Shown piece by piece: positions 50,459 to 62,601 of a stretch of 64,000 nucleotides of DNA (the first letter of the stretch is position 1; every line of letters begins with the position of its first letter). This DNA comes from Octopus sinensis (lineage: Eukaryota), in the NCBI RefSeq assembly GCF_006345805.1, contig NC_043001.1:33604001-33668000 (forward strand). The letters are read 5' to 3'. The translations under genes and the position numbers were made by a program. The notes beneath the pieces are model-generated. The model saw only the letters and a program-made list of their open reading frames with translations. It did not search any database and was not told the DNA's origin.

Positions 50459-52478
50459 GTAAGTCTTCTTATTATTATTATTCTACCAAGGTCAACTTTG
50501 TCTTTTGTCCTTTCGGGGTTCATGAAATAAGTACCAGTTGAACACTGGGGTCAGTGTAATCAACTTACCTTCCCCAACAAAATTTCAGGTCTTGTGCCTT
50601 TAGCAGAAAGGATTATTATTATTATTATTGAGTGAGAGAGTAGTGCATGCCATCAAAGTGACATTGGGGTAAAATATACGAAGCCCAGTATACCCATCAT
50701 GACTACCTGTCTGATAAGGGTACACTAGGTGCACGACATGGTGATCTCATATCAAGGTAAACAGCACATGACCTTGCAAGTGGGGACAGTTAGAATTTTC
50801 TTCTGGTCGAGTAACCCATCCCGCTCAAAAGGTCCCTGAAAAAGGGTTGTTTAAGGATGTTGAACGAACTACCCATGTTTCCAAGGGTGAATTATTCAAA
50901 CCCCAAAGAATCCTTCTTCTGCTCATGATCAGAGATGCACATATCGTCAGCCACTAAGGGAATGCTCAACTGGTTACGGTCAAACAACTGACAAACAAAT
51001 CTGTGGTATTGAGCAGAATATTTGCTGTAGCCCATCTTTTATATCAAGACAAAACGATGTACATGATAACACTTCCTATCAGTTAAGATCAAAAGCCATG
51101 AGAGCCACTGCCTGGTACAGCATCAGGGCATTTATTATTATTATTATATTATTATTATTATTATTATTATTAGTGAGGGTGGCAAGATGGCAGAATTGTC
51201 AGCACACCAGGCAAAATGCTTAGCAATATTTTGTCTGCCACCATGTTCTGAGTTCAAATTCCACCAAGGTCGACTTTGCCTTTCATCCTTACGGGGTTGA
51301 TAAATTAAGTACCCATGAAACACTGGGGCTGATGTAAATTTTAGGCCTTGTGCCTTTAATAGAAAGGATTGTTATTATTATCATCATTATTATTGTTATT
51401 ATTATTAGCAGCAGCAGACACAGCTTGGTGCAGTCTTTTGACTTGCCAGCATGGAAAGAGGACATCAAATAATGATGATTATAATATGATAGAGAGATTA
51501 GTACTAGCGGAAGTCTGGGTCAGATGTTTTATGTTTTATAATTTATTATAGAAATTCAAATTCTACAATTCTAACTTTTCTTTGGATTTATTGTTTGATA
51601 ACAAAATAACTTAGTCTGTGCATTCTGCTGCAAAGTATTTTTCCTAGTATTATACAGAAATTCCGCCGAGGTCGACTTTGCCTTTCATTCTTTCGGGGTC
51701 AACAGATTAAGTACCAGTTGCGTACTGGGGTTGATCTAATCGACTGGGCCCCCTCCCCCAAAATTTTGTGCCTTGTGCCTAGAGTAGAAAAGAATATTAT
51801 ACAGGCCTATCTTTACAAAACCAGTTCTACTTACATTAATATGAGAAAATAAGTATAAAACTGACTTCTAGTAATACAAATCTTGATATTTATTTTGACT
51901 TTTCTTGTTTCAAGATACATGGCCTAGTAAATCATCAGGTTGTAAGTTCAACTCCCAATTTGGCCGGTGCATTGTGTTTTTGGACAAGGCACTTTACTTT
52001 GCATTGTTCTAGCCCACATAGCTGGCAAAATGCCTGGTTGTTGTCAAGTTAGCATGACTGCATTAAATTTTTAAATTTTCTATACTTTTCTCTGAGATTA
52101 ATTATGTATCTGACAATATCTTAGAAAAGGAAAGAAGTTATAAATGCTGTAGATTTTTATTGGTTTTTTCTGTATTTAAAAAATTATTATTTTGTATATT
52201 CAATTTGTTGCATTAAAATAATAGAAAGAATCGTCTTCAAGTTTTTAAGATTCCCATGTACCTACAAATATTGGTCAAAATGTGAAGCCATACCAGCTGC
52301 ATGTTTCTGGACAACTGACAATATGCAAGGCCATCTGTCTATATATATAAAAAAAAAAAGACTTACTGTAATCTATGCAATCGTTGGTATTATTTTCTAA
52401 CCTGTTATTCCATGAAGAAAAGAACAAAAAATTTCAAAAATTAAAATATCAAAATTTTGTCATATTTTGTTTTTATAG

Positions 52479-52591
52479 GTTTTAGTAGATCAAAATAACT
52501 TTTTTGTTGTTGGCGTCTTGGGCATGCAAGGAGTTGGCAAATCAACAATAATGTCGCTCTTGGCTGGGAATTCTTCTTCAGATTATTACCG
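52479..52591 (+). CDS. SMG9: SMG9 exon 5, P-loop (VVGVLGMQGVGKSTIMSLL)
   Basis: Walker A GxxGxGKS; tatAG acceptor, CG|GTAAAA donor. Confidence 0.96.
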
Positions 52592-52840
52592 GTAAAAACC
52601 ACTCTTTCTCTCTCTATTTCTTTTAGATTGGTACTTTTTGTTCTTAAAATATAAACTTCCTGCAACCATGTTCTTGGCCAGATACTCTTTCTGATGCTAA
52701 CTCTTGTTTCCATGTAAGGTACTATATTCCATATTTTCACTTATCCAATATATCAGCTGGCAGATTTTTCTTTATGCAGAACATAATGGCACTACTGCCC
52801 AAGTGATGTCAGTGCGAAGACATGCAGACACACACATACG

Positions 52841-52933
<93 letters not shown>

Positions 52934-52935
<2 letters not shown>

Positions 52936-53343
52936 CGCAGGAGTGGCTGTGTGGTAAGTAGCTTGCTAACCAACCACATGGTTCCGGGTTCAGTCCCACT
53001 GTGTGGCATCTTGGGCAAGTGTCTTCTGCTATAGCTCCGGGCCGACCAATGCCTTGTGAGTGGATTTGGTAGACGGAAACTGAAAGAAGCCTGTCGTATA
53101 TATGTATATATATATATATGTGTGTGTGTGTGTTTGTGTGTCTGTGGTTGTCCCCCTAGCATTGCTTGACAACCGATGCTGGTGTGTTTACGTCCCCGTC
53201 ACTTAGCGGTTCGGCAAAAGAGACCGATAAAATAAGTACTGGGCTTACAAAGAATAAGTCCCGGGGTCGATTTGCTCGACTAAAGGCGGTGCTCCAGCAT
53301 GGCCGCAGCCAAATGACTGAAACAAGTAAAAGAGTAAAAGAGT
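52934..53343 (+). mobile_element. SINE family A copy in SMG9 intron 5
   Basis: Closely matches 2362-2777; preceded by (CT)n(AT)n. Confidence 0.88.
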
Positions 53344-54634
53344 ATATATATGAGACAGGCATAGGTGTGTGGTAAGATGTTTGCTTCCCAACCACATGGT
53401 TCCAGGTTCAATCCCATTGCATGGCACCTTGAGCAGGTATCTTCTGCTATAGCCTTGAGCTGACCAAAGCCTTGTGAGTGGATTTGGTAGACGGAAACTG
53501 AAAGAAGCCTAGTACTTAATCTATCAGTCTTTTTTTGCAAAATCACTAAGATTTGGGGACATAAACACACTAACAGTAGTTGTCAGGCTGTGATGAGAAC
53601 AAAGACACACACAAATATATACATATATTCTTTCCCATTTCCCTCTATCAGATCCACTCACAAGGTTTCGATTAGCCCAAGTCTATAGTAGAAGACACTT
53701 GCCCAAGCTGCTATGCAGTGGGACTGTACCCTGAACCATGTGTTTACCTATTTTAGAAAAATGGCACTATCACTATTAAAAGTAAAAGACTATTTAGTGT
53801 CCTCAAAATGGTCTTGTTCAATTGTCTGGGTATTTCTACTTCTCTTGCTTGAGATAGCTTGGCCAGCTGGCAAGATAAACAGCAGGGCAGTATACCAGCT
53901 ATGCTGGAAGCCCTGAGCTGTGGCATTTAACAGATGGACTGAGGCCAGAGCTGAGAGTTGGGTGAAGGATGTGATGCAATGGTGGAAGGTATGACTAAGG
54001 GATAGGGCACCAGTTGATATTGTTAACCCTAGGCACTCCTGATTTAATGGACCTGTCATCAAAGGTATTTCAACTCACTAAGATTGGTAGAAGGTATAAC
54101 TAATGGATGGGGAAACAATATATATAATGGCTCAACTGTGCTCAATTCATCTCAGTTGTGAGCTGAGTTATATTAATGCTAAAGGGATGTTTGAATCACT
54201 CTGTGTATTTCATCATCATCATCATCATCATCATCATCGTTTAACGTCCGTTTTCCATGCTAGCATGGGTTGGACGATTCAACTGGGATCTGGGAAGCCA
54301 GGAGGCTGCACCAGGCTCCAGTCTGATCTGGCAGTGTTTCTACAGCTGGATGCCCTTCCTAACGCCAACCACTCTGGGAGTGTAGGGGGTGCTTTTTACG
54401 TGCCACCAGCACAGGGGCCAGAGGAGGCTAGCAGACAGCCATGATCGGTTGGTGCTTTTACGTGTCACCGACACAGACGCCAGTCAGACGGTGCTGGCAT
54501 TGACCACGTTCAGACGGTGCTTTTAACGTGTCACCAGCACAGGTATCTTAACTACATTTTCCATTTGATTTTCATTTTGATGTTGGCGTATGATGCATTT
54601 CTCCATTTATTTGCTTTTTTTTTTTTTTTTATAG

Positions 54635-54746
54635 AAACTTTGTGTTCCAGCCTCAGAGCAAAGAAATACGAGAAGTTGGTAGTCACCAGACTTCAGGAGT
54701 TGATATGTTTGTCACCAATGATCGAGTTATCTTACTTGACACTCAG
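54635..54746 (+). CDS. SMG9: SMG9 exon 6 (NFVFQPQS...QTSGVDMFVTNDRVILLDTQ)
   Basis: Poly-T tract plus AG acceptor, CAG|GTACAT donor, conserved QTSG and LDTQ. Confidence 0.95.
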
Positions 54747-55749
54747 GTACATTAACACTGCCCAGTCTGACAGTTGTTCTGGTTTTGTTACATAAAAACG
54801 TCTTCTTTGAAACTGTTCATATTTTAAGTTAATGTTTGCCATCGTAAATATTATGTAAGAACTTTTTTGCTTTCTGTTCCAAACATCAGATTGACACAAG
54901 ATTAATTATTAAATGACATCTATCCAAATTCTAGATTATTTTCAAAATTAATGTGTAGTAAGAAGTTTGCTTTCCAACCACATGGCTCTGGGTTCAGTCC
55001 CACTGCATGGCACTTTGGGCAAGTGTCTTCTACTATAGCCTTGGGCCGACCAAAGCCTTGAGAGTGGATTTGATAGACAGAAACTGAAAGAAGCCCATCG
55101 TATGTATGTATATATATATACATATATATATATATGTATGTGTATATATGTATGTGTGTGTATATATATAGTGTATGTGTCTTTGTGTCTGTTCCTTCTC
55201 CCACCACCACTTGACAACCAGTGCTGGTGTGTTTACATTCCCATAACTTAGCAGTTTGGCAGAACAGACCAATAGAATATGTACCAAGTTTAAAAAGTAA
55301 ATAAGTACTGGGTCAACTTAAAATTCTTCAAGGTGGTGCCCCAGCATGGCCACAGTCTAATGACTGAAACAAGTAAAAGGTAAAAGATGCAGACATGACT
55401 ATGAGGTTAAGAGACTCACTTTGCAACCATGTAGCTTTGGGGTCTTCAAATATAACCCAAGGTTGACCAATGCCTTGTGCATGAGTTTGTTTGATGGAAG
55501 CTGTGGAAGCACATCATGTGTGTGTTGGTGGAGGGTAGCTGTAGCTAATTTAGCTAATGTGACTGTGAATTTTTAAGACAGTAGAATGTAACATGAATTT
55601 TGGCTGCTATTTCTAGCAATTCGAGAGACCATACACAGGTTCTGTTACTGACTTGTTTATTTTTAATGTTGCATGATGCTGTAATTTACAATTTTGTTTT
55701 CATTTCACAAGAAATCTTAATAAATAATAATTGTGTTATTTTTTTGTAG

Positions 55750-55845
55750 CCTGTCCTAAGTGCTTCTGTCTTGGACATGATGATACACCATGACAAGAAG
55801 TACCCAGCTGAATACAGCACTGCTGAAAATTGTATGGAAATGCAG
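55750..55845 (+). CDS. SMG9: SMG9 exon 7 (PVLSASVLD...EMQ)
   Basis: tgtAG acceptor, CAG|GTAATG donor, 96 nt. Confidence 0.95.
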
Positions 55846-56468
55846 GTAATGAAATCAGTTTTCAGTCCTTTTGGCATGATCTTAGCAATGTCTTATTATT
55901 GAGTGTTGGGACTCATGGAGGCAAGTGGCTGAGTTCCTTTCGAGTGTTGGGCCCCATGTGGGCAAAGTGGCCAAGTTCCTTTCAAGTGTTGGGTTTTACA
56001 GAGGTAATGACAAAGGCCTTTGGCATTATGTCGTGCTTGAGAAGACAATCCATCGAGCCGAGCAAAATCACAGTTGTGGCAGATACTAGTGTCACACAAA
56101 TGGCACCCATGCCGGTGGCATGAAGTCTGGTGCAGCCATTTGGTTCGCCAGACCTCAGTCAAACCATCCAACCCATGCCAGCATGGAAAGCAGGCATTAA
56201 ACGATGACGATGATTATTGAGTTACAACATAAATTTGTACATTATTTCTGTAGCTATAGCAGTCTCTAATTTTTTTTAAAGAAACAGAAAATTTGTATAC
56301 CTTACTTTATTTATATAGTTAGAGCCTGTAAGCAAAAAGTATTTAGGTGCTAATGTTTTGATCCAAGCCATTCCAAAACCACTCTATTCAACCCATAGCC
56401 ATAGTAAAACTTATGTATGATATAATAATTCTAACACTAACAATTGGTTTGTTATTTTAACCTTGCAG

Positions 56469-56554
56469 TCACTGCAGTTAGCTGCGTTCATGATGACCGT
56501 ATGCAATGTACTTCTCGTAGTCCAAGATTGGTTTACCGATATCAACTTCCTCAG
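56469..56554 (+). CDS. SMG9: SMG9 exon 8 (SLQLAAFMMTVCNVLLVVQDWFTDINFLR)
   Basis: tgcAG acceptor, AG|GTATCC donor, conserved VQDWFTD. Confidence 0.95.
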
Positions 56555-57288
56555 GTATCCCACCTTTTCTTTTTTTTTTATTCTTCTCTTCATTTAAAAA
56601 CTCCTTCAATTTTAGTATGTTTGATTTGTGATGCAGCTTTCAATATTAATTGAAATACACTGCATAGGTATTTCATTGTAAATATGGTAATGGAATGATT
56701 AAGATAAACACTAATAAAATTTATAAGTTAAACATAGCTGCCTCTCCACACACACACACATACTTCTGTTTTTTGGACAGTCCCTATAGTTCTTTTTCTT
56801 TTCTGCTAAAGACACAAAGCTTGAAACTTTGTGGGGTGGTTGTGGCTAGTCAATTATATTGACCCCAGTGTCCAACTGGTACTTATTTTATTGACCCTGA
56901 AAGAATGAAAGACAATCTTGGAATTTTAATTCAGAACATAAAGACAGCCGAAATACCACAAATCATTTTGCTCAGTGTGCTAACAATTCTGCCAGCTCGC
57001 TGCCCTACTACAATGAAACAATATAGAGGCTGGTTTTGATAACAAAATAACATTTTTGTTTCTACCACTGCAATAGTTGAATAACTACAAGTTATAAGAA
57101 TTACAAGGAATAATTAAAACCAGAACTCAAGTTTTAACTATTCATTCTTTCGTGGCAGTGCTATATCGATATACTTATCAAATATACTTATTCATTTATC
57201 AAACTTTTGTTAGGTACCATAGGCTCACATTTCTTCTACAACATTGAAAATTGTCCCCTCTGATTCAAGCTACTTTCTATCTCTTTAG

Positions 57289-57389
57289 ATTCTTGTTAAC
57301 TGCCGAAATGCTTAAACCTTCAACTCCTGCTAATTCCCACGATGACACATCAGTTCAAGAGAATACTGCAGACTATTATCCACAGATTG
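57289..57389 (+). CDS. SMG9: SMG9 exon 9 (FLLTAEMLKPSTP...YYPQI)
   Basis: tttAG acceptor, G|GTATGT donor, conserved TAEMxKPSTP. Confidence 0.95.
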
Positions 57390-58059
57390 GTATGTTTATT
57401 TGTATATTATCACTTGGTCTGACTTAATCCACACTTGGGTTCCATCATCACATGTGTGTTTTTTTTTATCTAAAACATTTTTTGTCAAATCTTCATGCTA
57501 TTGAGTATAACCAATAAAACACTTTAAAGTGTGTCAGTAAACCAGTACATTACAGTAAGAGGAGATGCCTAAAGACTTTAAAAAAGCAAGTTTGGACAAC
57601 TCAAAAGCATTTGCTTTTCAACTAAAGAAATGACTTGAAATATATAACAAACATAGAATATCTGATGAGGATTTCACATTAACCATTTAATGAGTTGCAA
57701 ATGCAGAGAATATATTATGACTTCCTCACCTCTGCAAATTGTCTGAAATGGATTTCAGAGCCTCCACAATGTGAGACTGATGAAATTGTTGAAATACTAG
57801 AGTAGAAACATCTAGGTGTGTATTGTGTGCATGAGGTAAGATGGAGGGATGTCTCAGTTAAATTCCTCATGTACGAGGATCAAAAGTACAAATTCTTTTT
57901 GGCAGGAAGCTGTAATTATGGTAGGTGATTTAGATATACTTTTGGATGAGAAATGGATAGATAAAATGAATGAGGCAGTCAGTGTGTGTGATAAGATAAT
58001 CCAGCTAGGACTGGGCTTGGATAAAGCAATAGTGATATTTATCTCTACTTATATATGAT

Positions 58060-58540
58060 AGATAGATCAATAAAGATATGAAGACAGGCAGCCTCTGGTC
58101 AATCAGGAATCAACACTAAGAGTTGGGTACAGCCAAGTTACTTGTATAGCTTAATAAGTTGTACAGAAAGTTGTCATCTCCAACAATTGGCATTGCAGCC
58201 CTATAATCAACTACTACAAAGGTAAAGGAGATGCTTTAGAGAGAAGTAATTACAGAGGTATCAAATTGCTGGATTAAGTTACTACATGTTAATAAGACAT
58301 GGGCCCTGAATGCAGAGGCTAGAAAGGAATAAAGCCAGTATGCATGTACTACGAAATGCAAATGTGTTGAGAAAAATTATTGGGCATAAAAAGAATCAGA
58401 TGTAGTGCAGAAGAAAGAAGACTGCGCTAGTTTGGTTGAGGACAGCTGTACAAGGAAGTGCCAATTACTTAAAGTAAATGGGACTTATGGAACCTAGGAA
58501 GACATGGGATGAAATTGCAATGGCTGATCTCAAGATGTTG
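58060..58540 (+). mobile_element. Highly decayed RTE-type LINE fragment
   Basis: KGKGDALERSNYRGIKLLD, similar to about 16090-16140. Confidence 0.7.
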
Positions 58541-59013
58541 AGTATTAACCATTTACTCCATTCACCTCTACTCTCATTTCTAACTGTCATTTTCCTTACA
58601 CTCTTACAAACTCACTCACCCACCCACCCTTCCCAATCCTCTGTCTATATTCTCTTATAATCACCTTCTTGAACCTTGAAAATACACTGACACTTTATCA
58701 CCACATTCTTTTTCACTCTTTCCAGCTACTCGCACCCACCATTATATAGTGTGAGTAACCATGTATCTGCTTCATAGCAAGACACCTGTTCCTCTCCTGT
58801 CATACTTTAACCTCTCAACACTTGGATAAAACTACTTCCATTTCTACCACACACAAGGAGGATGTTTCCTTCATCATAAAGTACTAGCAACCTCACTGGT
58901 GCTAGTATCATGTAAAAAGCACCCAGTACCCTTTATATGGTAGTTAGCATTAGAAGGAGCATCCAGCCAACAGTGGAGCTCAGTGCAGTCCTACAGTTCA
59001 TCAGATCCAACCC

Positions 59014-59287
59014 ATTTTGTTTGTTCCTTCTCAAGCCATGCCTGGCTCATAAGAGCCGGTTTCCTTGGCATATAGGTTCTCCACCTGTATGGAACGCCGG
59101 TCCATTGCAGAAGAGCTGCAAGATGCAGGAGGAAAGGATGAGAGAAAGTTGTGGCGAAAGAGTCAGCAGAAGTTCGCCATTACCTTCTGCCAGAGCCGTA
59201 AACACACACATCTCCTGGTCTGAGATTCGAACCCGCGATCCCTCAACCATGAGTCTGCTTCTCTAACCACTTGGCCATGTGCCTCCA
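59014..59287 (-). mobile_element. tRNA-derived SINE family C with 12-bp target-site duplication
   Basis: Head GGCCAAGTGG...GGTTCGAATCTC on the minus strand; CAGATCCAACCC at 59002-59013 and 59288-59299. Confidence 0.85.
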
Positions 59288-59405
59288 CAGATCCAACCCT
59301 TGCCAACACGGAAGACAGATGTTAAATGATAATGATTTAAGTATGATATTTTGCACTTTTGTTCATCTTTCGTAATTATGAACATCATGTGATTTCTTTT
59401 TCTAG

Positions 59406-59513
59406 TGTTTGTCCAGAATAAGGCAGTAAGAGATGATTTCAGTGTAGAAACTTATCGTGCCAAACAATGTCTACTATCCAAAGTGCTTGAGAATTCCAAG
59501 CTTAAGTACAAAG
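59406..59513 (+). CDS. SMG9: SMG9 exon 10 (VFVQNKAVRDDF...LKYK)
   Basis: tctAG acceptor, G|GTAAGC donor, conserved QNKA. Confidence 0.95.
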
Positions 59514-60543
59514 GTAAGCTTTATATTTATGTTTCTGTCTTTAGATTTGGAACAAATATATTTTGAATACTGATATGCATTGAGCAGATTTTTTTTTCAA
59601 AATTTGTAATAATTATTTTGTGACTTATTAAACAAATAGACCAGCTACATTATATTACTCTTTTTACTCTTTTACTTGTTTCATTCATTTGACTGCGGCC
59701 ATGCACCCTCCTTAGATGGGACACTGGTCCATCTCAAGATTACTAATTTTTACAATCTGATTGGACTGGAACAGTACAAAATGAAGTGTTTTGCGCAAGA
59801 ACATAATGTATTGCCCAGTTCAGGAATCGAAACCATAATCTACTTGAAATTGCAACAAATATCACACCCTGCCCCATCTCTCCAAAAAAGTGGAATTCAT
59901 TAGATAGTCCTATATATGTCTAAAAAGATGGAAGATTCACAACCAGAATGTCTTTGGGAGTAGATCTGCTGGGTTAGGTTTTATCTGGGACTAAACCATC
60001 ATTTAGAATATTTAATTAGAGTAAGGTGAATCAAAACTGGAGCAGTAGAAGTAATTAATGTCTCAGAGTTGTTTCTGGGGCATCTCAGGTGATGAGTCAA
60101 CATCTCCATACACTGGGTATTCCATCATCAGAGACAAGGAGTTTATGCAGGAAAGTTCCAAGCAGAATTCACAGTATATGAAAAAATAAAACAGTAGATA
60201 GAAGATTAAAGACAGGAGAATGAAGTTCACAGCTCATCTTGTTCCAGAGGGTATGGAGGTTAATCCATACATCCGTGATGGTATAGCCCCTTAAGTATAA
60301 TCCCAGGTAAATCTAGGTAGTATTTTGAATGTTGCATTCAGATTAAAGGAAATGATCAAGAATGGATGACCAATTACCATATTTTAATGTGTATAAAGAA
60401 CCCTCTAATTTTGGTGGCTTAAAATTTGGCAGAAATGGTTTTGTAAGGGATTATAATGCTAGCCATGTATAAGAAACTCCCACATTTTTTAACCTAATTT
60501 TTGAACCCCCAAAATTTTTTAAATATATTAATGTTTTCCATAG

Positions 60544-60657
60544 ATGCTGTGACTTTGGCCACTGGAGAGTTACTGCCTGGGTTAAATAACCGAAATATCA
60601 CCACAGGGGTCAATTTATTTTTGCTGCCTCATATGGACAATCAGAAAGTTGAAGCTG
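60544..60657 (+). CDS. SMG9: SMG9 exon 11 (GELLPGL...VNLFLLPHMD)
   Basis: catAG acceptor, G|GTAAGT donor, conserved VNLFLxP. Confidence 0.93.
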
Positions 60658-61182
60658 GTAAGTGTTGCTGTTGCTATTCTGTATCTTGATATTGTACTAG
60701 GCACAGGTACATGCAGGTGCCATTAAAAAAGCCCCCAGTACACTCTGTAAAGTGGTTGGCATTAGGAAGGGTACCCAGTCATAGAAACCATTTCAAAACA
60801 GACAATAAGAGCCCAGACAATTCTTCCTTCTGATGGCCAGCTCCTGTCAGAACTATCCAACCCATGTCAGCATGGAAAATGGATGTTAAATTATGATGAG
60901 GAGGAGGATTGGTTGTATAGCTAAGAAGTTCACTTTGCAATCAAAAGGTTCCTGAACGTGGCCGATGCCAGCGTCGCCTTGACTGGCTTCCGTGCCGGTG
61001 GCATGTAAAAAGCACCAACCAATCGTGGCCGTTGCCAGCCTCATTATTAAAAGTTTGTGCTTTGGTGTTGAAATGTTTGTATCTATCTCAATAGGAACAG
61101 CTGAATACCATTTAAATCTCTTCTATAAATCAGAATTCTAGCCAAAACTAAAGATATTGATTCTCTTTTTATTTTATTTCAG

Positions 61183-61315
61183 ATTCAATATTAACATTTT
61201 TGCCTGAATATCGTGGCTACCCAAGTTTTAATAGGCTGCTGCAGTCCCTTCGTAATCAAGTATTCGCTTGTCAACGTCGCCTGCTTACACACACTATTCT
61301 CTCTGAGAAAAACTG
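61183..61315 (+). CDS. SMG9: SMG9 exon 12 (LPEYRGYPSF...HTILSEKNW)
   Basis: ttcAG acceptor, TG|GTAAGT donor. Confidence 0.95.
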
Positions 61316-62522
61316 GTAAGTTGTGAGGCTGGGATACTTTTCCAGGTTTGGTTGTTGATTCTCTTTAAACAAAATTTTCTCTGGACATAATTTGAAAATT
61401 TTGATTTACGTAAACACTGTTTTCCACCTTAAGAACTTGCCACTTCTTGAACAAGGCACAAATATGACTGTGGTTAAGAAGCTTGTTTCCAACTATGTGG
61501 TCTTGGGTTCAGTTCCACTGCACAGCACCTTGGACAAGTATCTTCTACCACGTACGTGCATGTATATATGTTTGTGTGTGTACTCTTGTTTTGACAGCAC
61601 GTGATGCTTGCAAACATTGTTTGTTTCCAGTTTTCCAGACTTCTTTAAAAACGTGTCTGGCCATGGGAAATATCTTGCTTGGAAACAGGTAATGGTTGGT
61701 GACAAGAAAAGAATCCAGCCACAGAAAATGTGTTTCAACAAATTCAGTGTGACCCATGCCAGCATGGAAGAGTGAACTGGTCTTTTAGAGGTAATGACAA
61801 AAGACCGAGACCTCTGGAGATATGCTGTGACTGTGAAGACCCGACAAATGAAGTGAGTTCATGGCTCGTAGGATGGCCTGCTGTGCTAACCTTGGACTTT
61901 TTAGCGGTTGACGTATGTTTACGTTCACTATCGTGTACTTTAACTCTTAAGGTGCACGTGCTTGCTATCCCGTGCATTATCTTAGCTATTTTAGGTTATG
62001 TTCAAGTCATGAGACTAGCAGTAGACCAATGACATGCGGATACTTTACATGCATAATACCATGTTTTGAGTTGTACCACACACAAGCTATTTTTTGAACT
62101 TGAGCAGAATAACTCTTGCATATCATATTATGATAAATAGCTTCATATAGTTCATTTTCATAAACCGGTAGACGTAAATGTACAATGCTATGTTATTGTA
62201 ACGGTGAACATAAATAGACGCGAACTCGTTGGCACTTGTGTGTTTGTGTGGCCTCATTAGATAAAAAAAAAACCCAGAGCAGTGTCTCGCATGCCTCAGG
62301 TAATACCGGCGTCAAGGGGTTAACAACACAAATTCATATTCTGGTTTAGCCAGTTCATTTATGATGTGTAACATCACTATTATCCACAGTTATTATCCTG
62401 CAATGAATCAGATTTTATTATGCAGCTGGTAAAAAATACTTTCATAAATTTTGATAAAACAGAAAATATAAATCACCTCTTGTCGCTAGAAACTAAATTA
62501 TTATTTTTTTTATTTCTTATAG

Positions 62523-62601
62523 GTTTCATTATGCAGCAAGAACTTGGGATACCGTGAAAAAGTCTACTCTTATGGCTGAGTACAACCGCTTGTTACCGTG
62601 A
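62523..62601 (+). CDS. SMG9: SMG9 exon 13, terminal coding (FHYAARTWDTVKKSTLMAEYNRLLP*)
   Basis: tatAG acceptor, TGA at 62599-62601, conserved C-terminus. Confidence 0.95.

Larger units (their letters stand above)
42831..62601 (+). other. SMG9: SMG9 gene span (nonsense-mediated decay factor, SMG1-SMG8-SMG9 complex), 13 coding exons, 505 aa
   Basis: Manually spliced exons total 1518 nt with consistent phases and GT-AG introns. The peptide follows SMG9 motifs recalled from vertebrates: KPPIILAKP, IKLVDDxMxWCD, GxQGxGKS, LDTQP, VQDWFTD, QNKA, EKNWFHYAARxWD, AEYxRLL. Confidence 0.96.

Noticed and set aside
57662-57760. CTGATGA...GAAA as a hammerhead or C/D snoRNA
   Set aside because: No supporting stems I and III and no terminal stem.
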